Shown: piece after piece, positions 28,775-38,099 of the stretch | How the letters are laid out: each line of letters starts with the position of its first letter | Position numbering within the stretch: the stretch's first letter is position 1 | Origin: a virus | Taxonomy: Duplodnaviria; Caudoviricetes | Direction: 5' to 3' (one strand) | Length of the DNA: 64,000 nucleotides | Virus record (IMG/VR): IMGVR_UViG_3300032227_000318 | Location: 1-64,000 of that record | Position numbers and translations under genes: made by a program | Notes under the pieces: generated by a model | Databases searched by the model: none | Seen by the model: the letters and a program-made list of their open reading frames with translations, nothing else | What the model was told of the DNA's origin: nothing

Positions 28775-31006
28775 ATGGCAATAGATCCAAAAGACCTAAC
28801 AATAGACTATAGAAAAATACAGTCAATGCCTTTCAGAGATCGAAAGGCTTTGGTGTACTCTAGCTTTGCTGATCAGGTCAATTCAGCACTAACTCCAAGC
28901 CAAAGAGCCAATTTATTCCCAAATTATTATGTAAAATCTGCTACTAGCGGCGCTACACCAGGCGCAGGTGGTGATCCAAACTTATCAAAAGCAGACTATC
29001 TGAATAGAGCAAGAAATGGTGGTGTTAGCGATTCTGATCTTAATAGGGTATCAGGAAGACCTGAAGATAGAGGTCCGCCCCAAATTACCGCTTCTGAGTT
29101 TCGTGCTGTAGAAAGTAATCCATTTTTAGCTGGATATGTTGATAAGACTAGACGGGTTGAAACGAGCAATAGTAAATTTGGTAGATTTTCACCTAGAGAA
29201 AGAGCAACATTAGATTTTATTTCTGCAAGAGAAGGTTCTAAAAATCCAGACATTATATTTGGTGATAGTGGCAATAAACCTGGTAGCGGAAGATATAGTC
29301 GTGCATTAGGTTTAGATAAGAGGCCTCTTTCAGACCATTCTATTGCAGAAGTTATAGCTCTACAAAAGAAGCTGACGGCTATAACAGGAGCAGACGGAGT
29401 TGCCGGTGGCGTTGGAACTTCTGCTGTCGGCACAGGTCAAATGATTAGAGGGACCTTAATTGGTAATCTTCGTTCTTTGGGTATACCTGAAGAAGATTGG
29501 GATAAGATTAAGTTTGATGAAACTCTACAGAATAGATTAACATTAGAGAATTTTAAAACGTCAGGTATCGGAGATCCAAATGGTGACCCGAGACAATGGA
29601 ATCATACAACGCTTGGTAGACAATATGAATCATTAGACACATCTAAAGGATTCAATGCTATGTCTGGTGATGAGATGTATTCTATTATCAAAGCATCATC
29701 AGAAAGACCTAAAGAGGTTGATGAACAAACAGCAACTCCAGATGCCATGGCTGTTGTAGATAAAGTGATGAGTGAAACTCCTTCTGCTGTAGAATTAAAA
29801 ATGTCTGCTGAGAATCTAGACATAAACTCTACACCTGAGTCGGCACTAGCATTCTTGAATAACAAAGAAAGAAATCCTGATGGTGCGAATCTTGGAGATG
29901 TAGATGCTAGACTTTTAGAATTGGCTGAGATGGGTATTCGTAAGTTTGAATCAGAAAATTCAAACTTTAAAGTTGAGATTTATGGTCCTAGTAGCGGAAA
30001 GAGGCAATCTTCAGTAACTCAGAACTCTCAGCACCTTGTAGGTAAAGCTCTAGACTTTGAGATATTTGAAGTTGATCCTAAGACCGGTCAGAAGACAGGA
30101 AAAAGATTACCTAATTTTAGAACACAAGCTGGTGCCGGTGAAGCTGGCGATGAATATCTAAATCTTCATCAAAACATTGAATTGGCTAGAATCTATAAGA
30201 AAGAAGTAATCAAAGATCAACGCTATGAGGGTGTTTATGGCAGAAGCGGTGCTCTGTTCGGCGGTGAATATGCTCTAGATACACAACATTATGATATTGG
30301 TGGTGCACCGGCAGCCGATGGTATTATGTCAGCATCTCAGCCAGGCGGAAGCATTTTTGGTGGATATAGTGAAGAGTATATGAGAAGATTCGGTGTTGAG
30401 TCTGCTGCAATGCCTATTCAACAAGATAAAGTAGTTGAACTAGCTAAAAGCACATATGGTCCAAAAGAAACAGAAACTGCTGTTGCTACTACTTCAAGCA
30501 CACCAACTTCTGCTGTTCCTGCTGTAACTACAGTCGCGCCCGCGCAGGGCGTTACTACATCAGGAGTGACAACTGCGGCTGCTCCACCAGCACCAGAAAG
30601 CACTAATTATCCTATCAAGACAATGGCTCAAGGCGGCATAATACCAAAGAGTGCTGATACTCAGATTGTACAGAGAAATATGTCCGGTGATATCATATCA
30701 GCAACTAAGGTTGGTGAAAATGAAAATGAGAGGATGAACATTGAACCGATATCAAAGATGAGTGCAGACGCATTAACTGTCGGTTCATATAATCCTGTTG
30801 AAGGAGGTATGAACGATTCTAAATCACAATCAGCACTAGAAGACAAGAAGGTTAGTATGAAAAGTCAGAGTGTAGCACAGCCAAGATTGAGCAGTGATCC
30901 GTACTCAAACATACAGGGTGATATTAAGCCAATGTCACCAACTGCAAGGGCTGCAATGATGGCCGCAAGAGACTTGTCAACTCAAAGACGAGGCTATTCA
31001 TTATAA
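28775..31006 (+). CDS. Virion-associated peptidoglycan hydrolase / possible tape-measure-hub protein (lysozyme-like plus M15 peptidase domains)
   Basis: LDFISAREGS...SAVGTGQMIRGTL (lysozyme-like) and SQHLVGKALDF...HYD (M15 Zn motif); follows gp26/gp51. Confidence 0.6.
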   Translation: MAIDPKDLTIDYRKIQSMPFRDRKALVYSSFADQVNSALTPSQRANLFPNYYVKSATSGATPGAGGDPNLSKADYLNRARNGGVSDSDLNRVSGRPEDRGPPQITASEFRAVESNPFLAGYVDKTRRVETSNSKFGRFSPRERATLDFISAREGSKNPDIIFGDSGNKPGSGRYSRALGLDKRPLSDHSIAEVIALQKKLTAITGADGVAGGVGTSAVGTGQMIRGTLIGNLRSLGIPEEDWDKIKFDETLQNRLTLENFKTSGIGDPNGDPRQWNHTTLGRQYESLDTSKGFNAMSGDEMYSIIKASSERPKEVDEQTATPDAMAVVDKVMSETPSAVELKMSAENLDINSTPESALAFLNNKERNPDGANLGDVDARLLELAEMGIRKFESENSNFKVEIYGPSSGKRQSSVTQNSQHLVGKALDFEIFEVDPKTGQKTGKRLPNFRTQAGAGEAGDEYLNLHQNIELARIYKKEVIKDQRYEGVYGRSGALFGGEYALDTQHYDIGGAPAADGIMSASQPGGSIFGGYSEEYMRRFGVESAAMPIQQDKVVELAKSTYGPKETETAVATTSSTPTSAVPAVTTVAPAQGVTTSGVTTAAAPPAPESTNYPIKTMAQGGIIPKSADTQIVQRNMSGDIISATKVGENENERMNIEPISKMSADALTVGSYNPVEGGMNDSKSQSALEDKKVSMKSQSVAQPRLSSDPYSNIQGDIKPMSPTARAAMMAARDLSTQRRGYSL

Positions 31007-31038
31007 AAAAAGAGGGAGACCAAAATCTCCCTCTCTTC
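31004..31038 (-). terminator. Intrinsic terminator between convergent genes
   Basis: AGAGGGAGA-ccaaaa-TCTCCCTCT stem with T-run on the - strand. Confidence 0.8.
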
Positions 31039-31063
31039 CGCGTTCGCCTGCTATTCGCATTTA

Positions 31064-31981
31064 TTAACCAGCAAGGGACTTGAAGTAGTCAAGATCCTCA
31101 TCAGTCTCAGTATCAAAAGGCGGCGTGTCTTCAACAGACTTCCGCGGCTTTGAACCTTCAAACGATGGCTTCTGAGTTACTGAATCAGTAATCTGGTCGT
31201 TAACCGCACCAACACTTGATACTGTGTTACCGAGAACCTCGGTGAGACGCTTCTTCAGTTCATCATAAGACTTGAAGTTCTTAGGATCAACAAACTCCTT
31301 TAGAGAGTATTCAGACTTCCAAATCTTCTCCAGTTCAGCATCGCTATCAGACAAAGCCGAAGGCGATTCGAAGGTCGACTGGTCATAGTTAAGATAACCA
31401 GCAACCATGCGGGTGCGAAGCTTGAAGTTTGCTCCGTTCCAAAGATCGAATGGGTTCATAGCCGGATCATCCGGGTACTGCGGGTTCATAGCAAGAGTGA
31501 TCTTGTCGAAAATCTTCTTACCGAACTTGAACAAGAACACCTTACCCTCATTCTCAGGGTTAGATGAATCCTTGAGTACCTGAATATTTGCGATGTAGTG
31601 AAGACGGCGCTTCTGATCACGGGCCTGCTTACGCTGCCAAGAAGCATCATCACTAGATGCATTCCAAAGAGTAGAATTATACTCAGAGACCGGATCTTTC
31701 TGACCGATAGTGGTCAGAGAGTTTTCAATATACCACTTGCCCGACGGACCCTTAAAGCCGTGATCAAAGTAGCGAACCCAAGGAAGTGAATCGTCACCAT
31801 CAACAGCAGCCGCAGGAAGAAAACGAATTACAGCAGAGCCGTTACCAGCCTTATCACGCGACAAGGTCCAGAAGCGGGTGTCTTCTGCTCGTTCAGTCTG
31901 AGGTGCGTTGATCTTTTCGATTTCTTTGGTGAGACGGCCGATATCAGCCGAGGTCTTCTTGAGGGATGCAAAGTTTGACAT
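31064..31981 (-). CDS. gp32: Single-stranded DNA-binding protein gp32
   Basis: DKAGNGSAVIRFLP, HGFKGP.GKWYIENSLTT, FGKKIFDKI, PFDLWNGANFKL, acidic tail. Confidence 0.96.
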   Translation of the reverse strand: MSNFASLKKTSADIGRLTKEIEKINAPQTERAEDTRFWTLSRDKAGNGSAVIRFLPAAAVDGDDSLPWVRYFDHGFKGPSGKWYIENSLTTIGQKDPVSEYNSTLWNASSDDASWQRKQARDQKRRLHYIANIQVLKDSSNPENEGKVFLFKFGKKIFDKITLAMNPQYPDDPAMNPFDLWNGANFKLRTRMVAGYLNYDQSTFESPSALSDSDAELEKIWKSEYSLKEFVDPKNFKSYDELKKRLTEVLGNTVSSVGAVNDQITDSVTQKPSFEGSKPRKSVEDTPPFDTETDEDLDYFKSLAG

Positions 31982-32027
31982 TGTATGTTCTCCTATATGT
32001 CGTTGTATGTCAGCGTATAATTTCTAT

Positions 32028-32056
32028 ATCTTAGTGTATTTTCGTTTGTTTGTCAA
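32028..32056 (-). promoter_or_regulatory. Sigma70-like promoter for gp32
   Basis: TTGACA-N17-TAAGAT. Confidence 0.6.
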
Positions 32057-32123
32057 CTAAATAATAGTGTAGGTCACGGTGCTGTTACACCCACCTACTC
32101 TAACGCTATTGAGGAGCGCCAGC

Positions 32124-32543
32124 ATGACTATTTATCATAAACACCACATCATTCCTAAGCACATGGGCGGAACAAACGAACCGTCCAATATTATTGAGGT
32201 TACCGTTGAAGAACACGCAAATCTTCACAAAAATCTATGGGAAACCCATAATCATTGGGAAGACTATGTAGCTTGGAAAGGACTCTCTGGTCAAATAACA
32301 CAAGATGAGGCCAGACGGCTGCGTGTTAGTCTAATGAACAAGCAAAAGATTGAGGATGGAACTCATCATTTACTTGATGGCAACATTCAAAGAAACGCCG
32401 CTTTGAATAGAATCAAAAACGGTACTCATAATGATAAAGACTTTCACATACAAGTTTCATGTCCACATTGTGGTAAAACTGGAAATAAGTTCATTATGAA
32501 AAGATGGCACTTTGATAAGTGTCGTGATTTACTTTCTATATAG
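32124..32543 (+). CDS. Free-standing HNH homing endonuclease with C-terminal Zn finger
   Basis: HKHHIIPKHMGGTNEPSNI..VTVEEHA.LH, CPHCGK...RWHFDKC; GAGGAG RBS before ATG 32124. Confidence 0.88.
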   Translation: MTIYHKHHIIPKHMGGTNEPSNIIEVTVEEHANLHKNLWETHNHWEDYVAWKGLSGQITQDEARRLRVSLMNKQKIEDGTHHLLDGNIQRNAALNRIKNGTHNDKDFHIQVSCPHCGKTGNKFIMKRWHFDKCRDLLSI

Positions 32544-33126
32544 TTGCATTTAACTGCTTCTTTAGTATTTCCCTGAACTTTTTTTGATCAAGGTCTTGAA
32601 GCAGGAACGGTGCAAACTTCCGTGTCTTGAAGCTGAACTTAGACCACAGATAGTCGTCCTTGAGTTTAGCATCAAACTTAGGAATGAAGTCAATGAAAGA
32701 ATTGAGAATGATGAGAGTTTCCAGAGAGATATCACCACGCATGTATTCATTCAAAAACTTAGGATAACCATTGTCTTCTATCTTGAATAAAGACCTGATA
32801 TCATCCACTTTTTCTAGTTCATTCTTAAAATCGTAGGACATGGATTGGACTTTTCGCATATGCCTTACAGTAGAACTGAAAGCATCATCATCTAACATAT
32901 CTCCAATCCATGTCCTATCAGCCATGAAACATAATGCAATGTGCATCTTCACATCATTACACTTTCTGGCCAATTTCTCAAACTGAAACCTATCTCGCCT
33001 GTTCAGAAACGACTCTTTACTAGCGGTCACTTTACCATTGTACTTGAAGAAATCATAGTTGTCTTTGGTAAAATGATTCTTCAGCGCAAGATAGGTACAG
33101 TACGTTTCGTACCCAGATAGTTTCAC
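32536..33126 (-). CDS. gp59: Helicase loader gp59
   Basis: YLALKNHFT...YDFFKYNGK...F..RRDRFQFEKLA, ISLETL; adjacent to gp32 and gp33. Confidence 0.9.
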   Translation of the reverse strand: MKLSGYETYCTYLALKNHFTKDNYDFFKYNGKVTASKESFLNRRDRFQFEKLARKCNDVKMHIALCFMADRTWIGDMLDDDAFSSTVRHMRKVQSMSYDFKNELEKVDDIRSLFKIEDNGYPKFLNEYMRGDISLETLIILNSFIDFIPKFDAKLKDDYLWSKFSFKTRKFAPFLLQDLDQKKFREILKKQLNATI

Positions 33127-33136
33127 TATTCATATC

Positions 33137-33364
33137 CTACAAAGGAAGTTTTGTGGTGTTTGACTTTGGTAGGAAGTTGAGTTCTTCTGCTTCAATCTTG
33201 ATCTTTGACTTGAGAGAACCGCTAATCAACTTTGAGGCCAATTCAATTTCAAGACCTGTTTCTTCACAATACAGAACAACTGCTTCCATATATGAAACAT
33301 TCTTCTTCTTGACGAAAGTTTCTATATTCAAAGAAAATGTGGTGATTTCTTCTTTTGTGGGCAT
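33137..33364 (-). CDS. gp33: Late transcription co-activator gp33
   Basis: IE..V......YMEAVVLYCEE...E.E...KLIS.SLK.KI..EA..LNFL. Confidence 0.9.
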   Translation of the reverse strand: MPTKEEITTFSLNIETFVKKKNVSYMEAVVLYCEETGLEIELASKLISGSLKSKIKIEAEELNFLPKSNTTKLPL

Positions 33365-33390
33365 TTCAATCTCTTTACCATTATCATAAT

Positions 33391-33419
33391 ATTATACATG
33401 ACTCACATAATAAAGTCAA
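33391..33419 (-). promoter_or_regulatory. Sigma70-like promoter for gp33-gp59
   Basis: TTGACT-N17-TATAAT. Confidence 0.75.
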
Positions 33420-33447
33420 GGAGAAGCTTTCGCCTCTCCTATCATTA

Positions 33448-33699
33448 TTAGTCATTCTTGGATACGAAACTGTTAAGCTTTTCAGCCAACCAGATGATAG
33501 AGTCTGCGTCCATATTAGGGATTGTTGGGAATGGAGGAAGATCAACATCCTTGCCTTGTGAAAGAGCAATAGATGCCTTTTCACGTTCAAGATTCCAATC
33601 ATTCTCAAGACGAATGCGTTCGTTCATGTTTTGCTCAATGATAAAGTCACGGGCAATATGAAGAAGTTCTAGACGGATTTCGTAAGGGTTCTTTGACAT
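33448..33699 (-). CDS. Conserved hypothetical protein (MSKNPYEIRLELL...)
   Basis: AGGAG RBS before ATG 33699; family common in T4-like phages. Confidence 0.7.
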   Translation of the reverse strand: MSKNPYEIRLELLHIARDFIIEQNMNERIRLENDWNLEREKASIALSQGKDVDLPPFPTIPNMDADSIIWLAEKLNSFVSKND

Positions 33700-33721
33700 G
33701 ATATACTCCTGTGTCATGTGT

Positions 33722-34036
33722 GTTAAGGTGGCCCGTTCTGTTTCTAGGTGGAACCATACCCACAGGTATCACGCTGCTAGAGCGTAAGCCTTAGATGCAA
33801 TGAAGTTATCGTTTGCATTTAGAGTTTTGCGCTTGTACGTAGTCGCCTACGGTTATCTCCAGTCAACTATTCTACACTCAGTCGATCCTAGTTCGCCCCC
33901 ATCAGAGATACATCACAACAAACTCTTTCGTGTCTTGCAAGGTCTCATTACAAGAGACGGTGATGTATCTGTGGTGGAGGCGCCGGGTACTGCCCCCGGG
34001 TCCTCAGTGTTTTTTGTTTTCCTTCAACGATAACAT
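33722..34036 (-). ncRNA. ssrA: Two-piece, circularly permuted (alphaproteobacterial-type) tmRNA; tag ANDNFIASKAYALAA
   Basis: Acceptor piece ends CCGGG-GGCAGTA-CCCGG-CGCCTCC-A-CCA at 33972. A 71-nt intervening hairpin follows. The coding piece starts GGGGGCGAA..GGATCGAC at 33900 (G3:U70 pair). Tag frame 33816-33769. Confidence 0.95.
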
Positions 34037-34048
34037 AGTATATATGCT

Positions 34049-34678
34049 TTAAGCATACACACTATTCTTTGCTGGCACCTGAATGAAACCTTCAGGTTTA
34101 CCATCATCTCCTACAATAGCGGCTGTTAGATGCCCGCCGTATACACAAGCAGTGTCCACATTTGTGCGATCTGCTACTTGCTCAATCTTACCTAGTCTTG
34201 GTGTATGCCCGTGATAGAAGTGCTTGCCAAGTTGTGCATGTTGATGCTGTTCATATCGTAACCACAAGAGCATTGCATCTGTTTGTTCATTCATTGGAAA
34301 TGCAGGATTAGCACCAGCATGAGCAACGATGATCGTGTCATCCTCATAGTACTTTGGTAGTGCCTTCATCCAATCCATTGCCCAATCGGGTATATAATGG
34401 CCGCGAAAACCACCGAAGCTGACAATTGTTTCAGCAGCATACATGTATTCACCAGCGATAAGCATGTCTTCGTGATTGCCCATTAGAGCAACATGACCAC
34501 GCTGTTGCATCTTCATAATGAACTCTACAACTTCTTTGGACTTAGGACCACGATCAACATAGTCACCAACAAAGATCATTCTAAAATCACCATTCGCATG
34601 TTCGTCTATCTTATGATATAGTTCTAACAACTCATCATAGCAACCATGCACATCACCAATCACATAACGTTTCATCAC
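34049..34678 (-). CDS. Ser/Thr protein phosphatase (NinI/PrpA-like metallophosphoesterase)
   Basis: GDVHG, GDYVDRG, GNHE, HAG, GHT motifs. Confidence 0.92.
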   Translation of the reverse strand: MMKRYVIGDVHGCYDELLELYHKIDEHANGDFRMIFVGDYVDRGPKSKEVVEFIMKMQQRGHVALMGNHEDMLIAGEYMYAAETIVSFGGFRGHYIPDWAMDWMKALPKYYEDDTIIVAHAGANPAFPMNEQTDAMLLWLRYEQHQHAQLGKHFYHGHTPRLGKIEQVADRTNVDTACVYGGHLTAAIVGDDGKPEGFIQVPAKNSVYA

Positions 34679-34887
34679 TTCTTCTTTCTTGTGGCCCTCT
34701 TTGGCTTATCATCATATGGAGTCCAACGAAGAATTTCACCTTCGTCTGTAATCTTGATCATTCTCTTTTCTACGAGCAACTGCAATGCGAACTCACCACC
34801 TTGGGCAAATCCTCTGCGGCCACTAATATAAGCACAAGCACCAAATGCAATGCAAAGTGTGGCGATCATCCAAGGTTCTAGGTACAT
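34675..34887 (-). CDS. Small membrane-anchored hypothetical protein
   Basis: N-terminal hydrophobic helix; coupled to neighbours. Confidence 0.6.
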   Translation of the reverse strand: MYLEPWMIATLCIAFGACAYISGRRGFAQGGEFALQLLVEKRMIKITDEGEILRWTPYDDKPKRATRKKK

Positions 34888-35558
34888 TATAGATTTTCCT
34901 GTTTGTATAGGTGTATTTTTTCTAACAAGCTTTGAACATATGAATTCTTATCACGAATGAAAACTTGTGGTTGTTCCATAAAATCAACCGATATGAGAAT
35001 TACGATTTGATTTATAGGTTCATTTACCAATTCTTCATACATCAGAGCATAAGCAGTTCCTTGCTCAAAATAATTTTCAATCCATTCTGCTTTCTTTTGA
35101 TTGCGTGAGGTCTTGAAGTCGATGATAGAAGGAATACCAGCAAACTCTGCTATGCAATCTGTCCTTCCCGCAACACCAAGCTTTTCGCTGTACAATGGAG
35201 ACTCAATATAACGTATGTTGTCGACCAAGTCAAGTGTTTCTTGCATATCACGAAAAGATTGTTTCATATCTGGCATAACACCATTTAGAAAGTCATCTTC
35301 ATTGCGGAGATAACTTTCCATCATGTTATGGAATTTTGTGCCTCTTGTGGCCGCACGGTTCATGATGAGATCGGCTTCTGCGTTGCCAACCCTATTGCGC
35401 CATTCAATCAGAGACTTCTTTTTGAAGTGACTGAGTACTGTAGTAACAGAAGGAAGTTTTACACCATTTGGTGTAATGTAAAACCTCTCTCCTGTGCTTT
35501 CATCAGTATCAAGCTGCTTCAGTTCTGGAAGCCCATCAACATAATTAAACTTCTTCAT
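34887..35558 (-). CDS. PD-(D/E)XK exonuclease (Cas4/RecB-like)
   Basis: PSVTTVL, RGTKFH, AGRTDC...IIDFKTS, Q..AY. Confidence 0.9.
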   Translation of the reverse strand: MKKFNYVDGLPELKQLDTDESTGERFYITPNGVKLPSVTTVLSHFKKKSLIEWRNRVGNAEADLIMNRAATRGTKFHNMMESYLRNEDDFLNGVMPDMKQSFRDMQETLDLVDNIRYIESPLYSEKLGVAGRTDCIAEFAGIPSIIDFKTSRNQKKAEWIENYFEQGTAYALMYEELVNEPINQIVILISVDFMEQPQVFIRDKNSYVQSLLEKIHLYKQENL

Positions 35559-35749
35559 TCGCCGCCGTCTGCGCCTCCGCCTGAAGAACTAGGCGACTTT
35601 CTCTTCAATACCAATTTCTTTGGACTACCATAATAATCATGAGCAGCATAAACTTGTTTGCCCTCTTCACTAACAGAGTTCATGGCCATTTCAATATTCT
35701 TTTCTTTCGTCGGATCTTTTTGGTCAATATATGTTTTAAATTTCTTCAT
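35555..35749 (-). CDS. Small hypothetical protein with MKKFKTYI start
   Basis: ORF coupled to the exonuclease; N-terminus resembles a capsid-targeting sequence. Confidence 0.55.
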   Translation of the reverse strand: MKKFKTYIDQKDPTKEKNIEMAMNSVSEEGKQVYAAHDYYGSPKKLVLKRKSPSSSGGGADGGE

Positions 35750-35926
35750 TTCTCATTCCATGCTTTTAGAATCCATGATGAACTAGTCTTGGCATTTGAT
35801 TCTTTCATACTCTTTTTTCTTTTGCTCATAATATGCCCAAGTGCCAAACATACCAACAGGCTTACGTTCTTCTTTGATCAGACACTCTTTAATATACTTT
35901 AGGCAATCTTCACTGTAACTCACAAT

Positions 35927-36772
35927 TTACTCCGTAGTGAAACGCGCAGGCGCTTTTTTCTTAGATGGTCTCAATTCAGTTTGAAATGGTGATTCTGGAT
36001 TATTATACTTGAGTTTACCACCAACTTTTTCTGATTTGTCGATGCCTGGAAAACCAGTTGTGTTTGTACCTATCAGTCTAGCAGTTTTGCCGTTATGATG
36101 CAAGACAGAATCTTGATCAAAGTGCTTTCCTGCTCTACGACCAAATGCTACAAGTTCCGCACCAGCAGCGCGTCCGGGTTCACGCGCGTGGATAACATGC
36201 GACGATTCTTTACCGCCTTCATATCGGCCTTCAGCTTTTCTTACACCAAAGCCGGCTTTTCTTGCCATAGACACAAGCTCTTTGTTTCTCTCAGATATCT
36301 GCTTCTTGGTCAGACCCGGCCTTTCAGTTGATATTGCAATAAAATGATGTCCTTCTTTTTCAAGAGTTCTCATACGCGAGAGTGGATTGCCTTCTTCAAG
36401 AGTACCATACTTTCTCATGCGTTGAACATCTGTCATCTTATCTGTAGACGAGAAACTTCCGCCAAAAGGATCATCATTGCCGAGTCTCTTGTCTCGGTCT
36501 TCACGCTCTTTTGGTGTGAGCATTCTTGTGCTGTCCATACCGCCCATTTCTGAACGAGTATAAAACTTTTTATCTTTTGGATCATAAAACCCAGCTTCAC
36601 CTGGCAAAGGCTTGCCTGGTTCTTTCATATGTCTTTCACGAATCTCGGCATGATCTTCACCACGCTTGCCACGCTTTATATGTAATTTACCTTCTTCGTC
36701 TGTATGACGAATTGCAGGCTGAACTCTCTCACGGAAAGATGTCTCTTCTCTTAATTGTTTTATTGTCTTCAT
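35927..36772 (-). CDS. Putative internal head protein; C-terminal domain resembles SAM-lyase/DUF3293-like fold
   Basis: MKTIKQLREE start; ISTER...GRYEG..ESS...FDQDSVL. Confidence 0.6.
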   Translation of the reverse strand: MKTIKQLREETSFRERVQPAIRHTDEEGKLHIKRGKRGEDHAEIRERHMKEPGKPLPGEAGFYDPKDKKFYTRSEMGGMDSTRMLTPKEREDRDKRLGNDDPFGGSFSSTDKMTDVQRMRKYGTLEEGNPLSRMRTLEKEGHHFIAISTERPGLTKKQISERNKELVSMARKAGFGVRKAEGRYEGGKESSHVIHAREPGRAAGAELVAFGRRAGKHFDQDSVLHHNGKTARLIGTNTTGFPGIDKSEKVGGKLKYNNPESPFQTELRPSKKKAPARFTTE

Positions 36773-37488
36773 AGCCCCATTGCGTCCTTCTGAATGATGT
36801 ATGACTTAACAAGTCCAGAACGAACGATATCTTCCTTCTGAAACTCTACGTGTTCAAAAGTATTTATTTTCTTGGTGATGGCCATTAGCTGAGTAATGCC
36901 CTCTTGTTCATATCTCTTTACCAAGTCTGTCTGTCTGAAATCACCACATACAAGAATGCGGCTTTCATCACCCATACGAGTCATAACTGTATCAGCTTCT
37001 TGAAATGACAAGTTCTGACTTTCATCTAAAATAACAATTGCTTTGTTGAATGTAATACCACGCAAGAACGATGTTGTGGTAAACTGAACAACACCCCTCA
37101 TCTTTAGTATTTCGTATCCATCACCACGTCCAAAAAGACTATCACAGATTTCACGATATGGTTCTTCGTACACAGCGGCCTTCTCTTTCATAGAACCAGG
37201 AAGAAATCCCATGTCCCTAGAAGGTACAACTGAACGCACAATGATTATTTTATTGTAAATTGAGTTGCCTGTCAAGATTTCATTTAGAGCAAGATATAGA
37301 GCGCAGAATGTTTTGCCTGTACCAGCAAAACCATGAAGCATAAGATGATAGCCAAGTTTGTATGAATTGAAAGCTTTCTCCTGATTTGGTGTAAGCGGCT
37401 TGATGTGTCTTAACTCAAAATTAGCAGCCGGCTTTTGTGCTTCTGGTGGTTTTTGTCTGTTAGTCTTGTTCTTTGGTTTCTTAGACAT
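36769..37488 (-). CDS. phoH: PhoH family ATPase
   Basis: GFAGTGKT, RDMGFLPG, SFLRGITF, DESQN, GDFRQTDL, DIVRSGLVK; start MSKKPK after GGAG. Confidence 0.95.
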   Translation of the reverse strand: MSKKPKNKTNRQKPPEAQKPAANFELRHIKPLTPNQEKAFNSYKLGYHLMLHGFAGTGKTFCALYLALNEILTGNSIYNKIIIVRSVVPSRDMGFLPGSMKEKAAVYEEPYREICDSLFGRGDGYEILKMRGVVQFTTTSFLRGITFNKAIVILDESQNLSFQEADTVMTRMGDESRILVCGDFRQTDLVKRYEQEGITQLMAITKKINTFEHVEFQKEDIVRSGLVKSYIIQKDAMGL

Positions 37489-37506
37489 TTTAGCTCCCTT
37501 TAAAGC

Positions 37507-37543
37507 AAAAGAGAGCGAATCACCTGCGTGACCGCCCTCTTTT
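37507..37543 (-). terminator. Imperfect hairpin flanked by A/T runs upstream of phoH
   Basis: AAAAGAG..GCG..TCAC-ctgc-GTGA..CGC.CTCTTTT. Confidence 0.45.
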
Positions 37544-37568
37544 GAAAATCGTGATGTTTTTTTACGTT

Positions 37569-38099
37569 TCATATTGGTTTAACAAAATATCCTTTGTGAC
37601 TATTTCTTTCACCAGTAGACACTCTATATAAACAACTTGATGTAAGACCATGGTCTCTAGCGAAGTTTGCCAAATTCTTGATCTTCATTTCTTCACCAGA
37701 AGGAACAGTCACGATCCATTCTTGTGATATAGCATCAACCATATTCTTAACATGAGATGGTTTTTGCTTCTTGCCGAGTTTGGCTTGACGCATTCTGTTG
37801 CGATGTTCTTCAGAATAGATGATGCCAGAACCTCCGTCACCACCATCTGTTTTATTTCTTAATATACCGTCATTTTTATCCAAACGGCCATACCATGCAA
37901 TCATCCGTCTCTCTAGAGCGGCAGCGCCGATCTGTGTAAGTTCTGTTTCAAGTAATATGATATATGATTTATCCTTAGGTGTGCTGATACCATGTTTACG
38001 ATGCTCTACCGAATCCCACGCTCTATACTTTTTGCCTTTACCGATATAGTAAGGTGTTCCGTCAGACTGACGTAAATATGCGTAAACATAATACTCCAT
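37569..38099 (-). CDS. Free-standing GIY-YIG homing endonuclease
   Basis: YYVYAYLR..GTPYYIGKG...RA, E...I..YGR....G.LRNKTDGGDG, NUMOD-like tail. Confidence 0.88.
   Translation of the reverse strand: MEYYVYAYLRQSDGTPYYIGKGKKYRAWDSVEHRKHGISTPKDKSYIILLETELTQIGAAALERRMIAWYGRLDKNDGILRNKTDGGDGGSGIIYSEEHRNRMRQAKLGKKQKPSHVKNMVDAISQEWIVTVPSGEEMKIKNLANFARDHGLTSSCLYRVSTGERNSHKGYFVKPI

Noticed and set aside
33800-34033. 77-aa + strand ORF; also a possible tRNA-Ala call
   Set aside because: The region is fully explained by the - strand permuted tmRNA; no anticodon arm.
34887-35558. Cas4-like nuclease as part of a CRISPR system
   Set aside because: Standard T4-like stand-alone exonuclease; no array or other cas genes seen.
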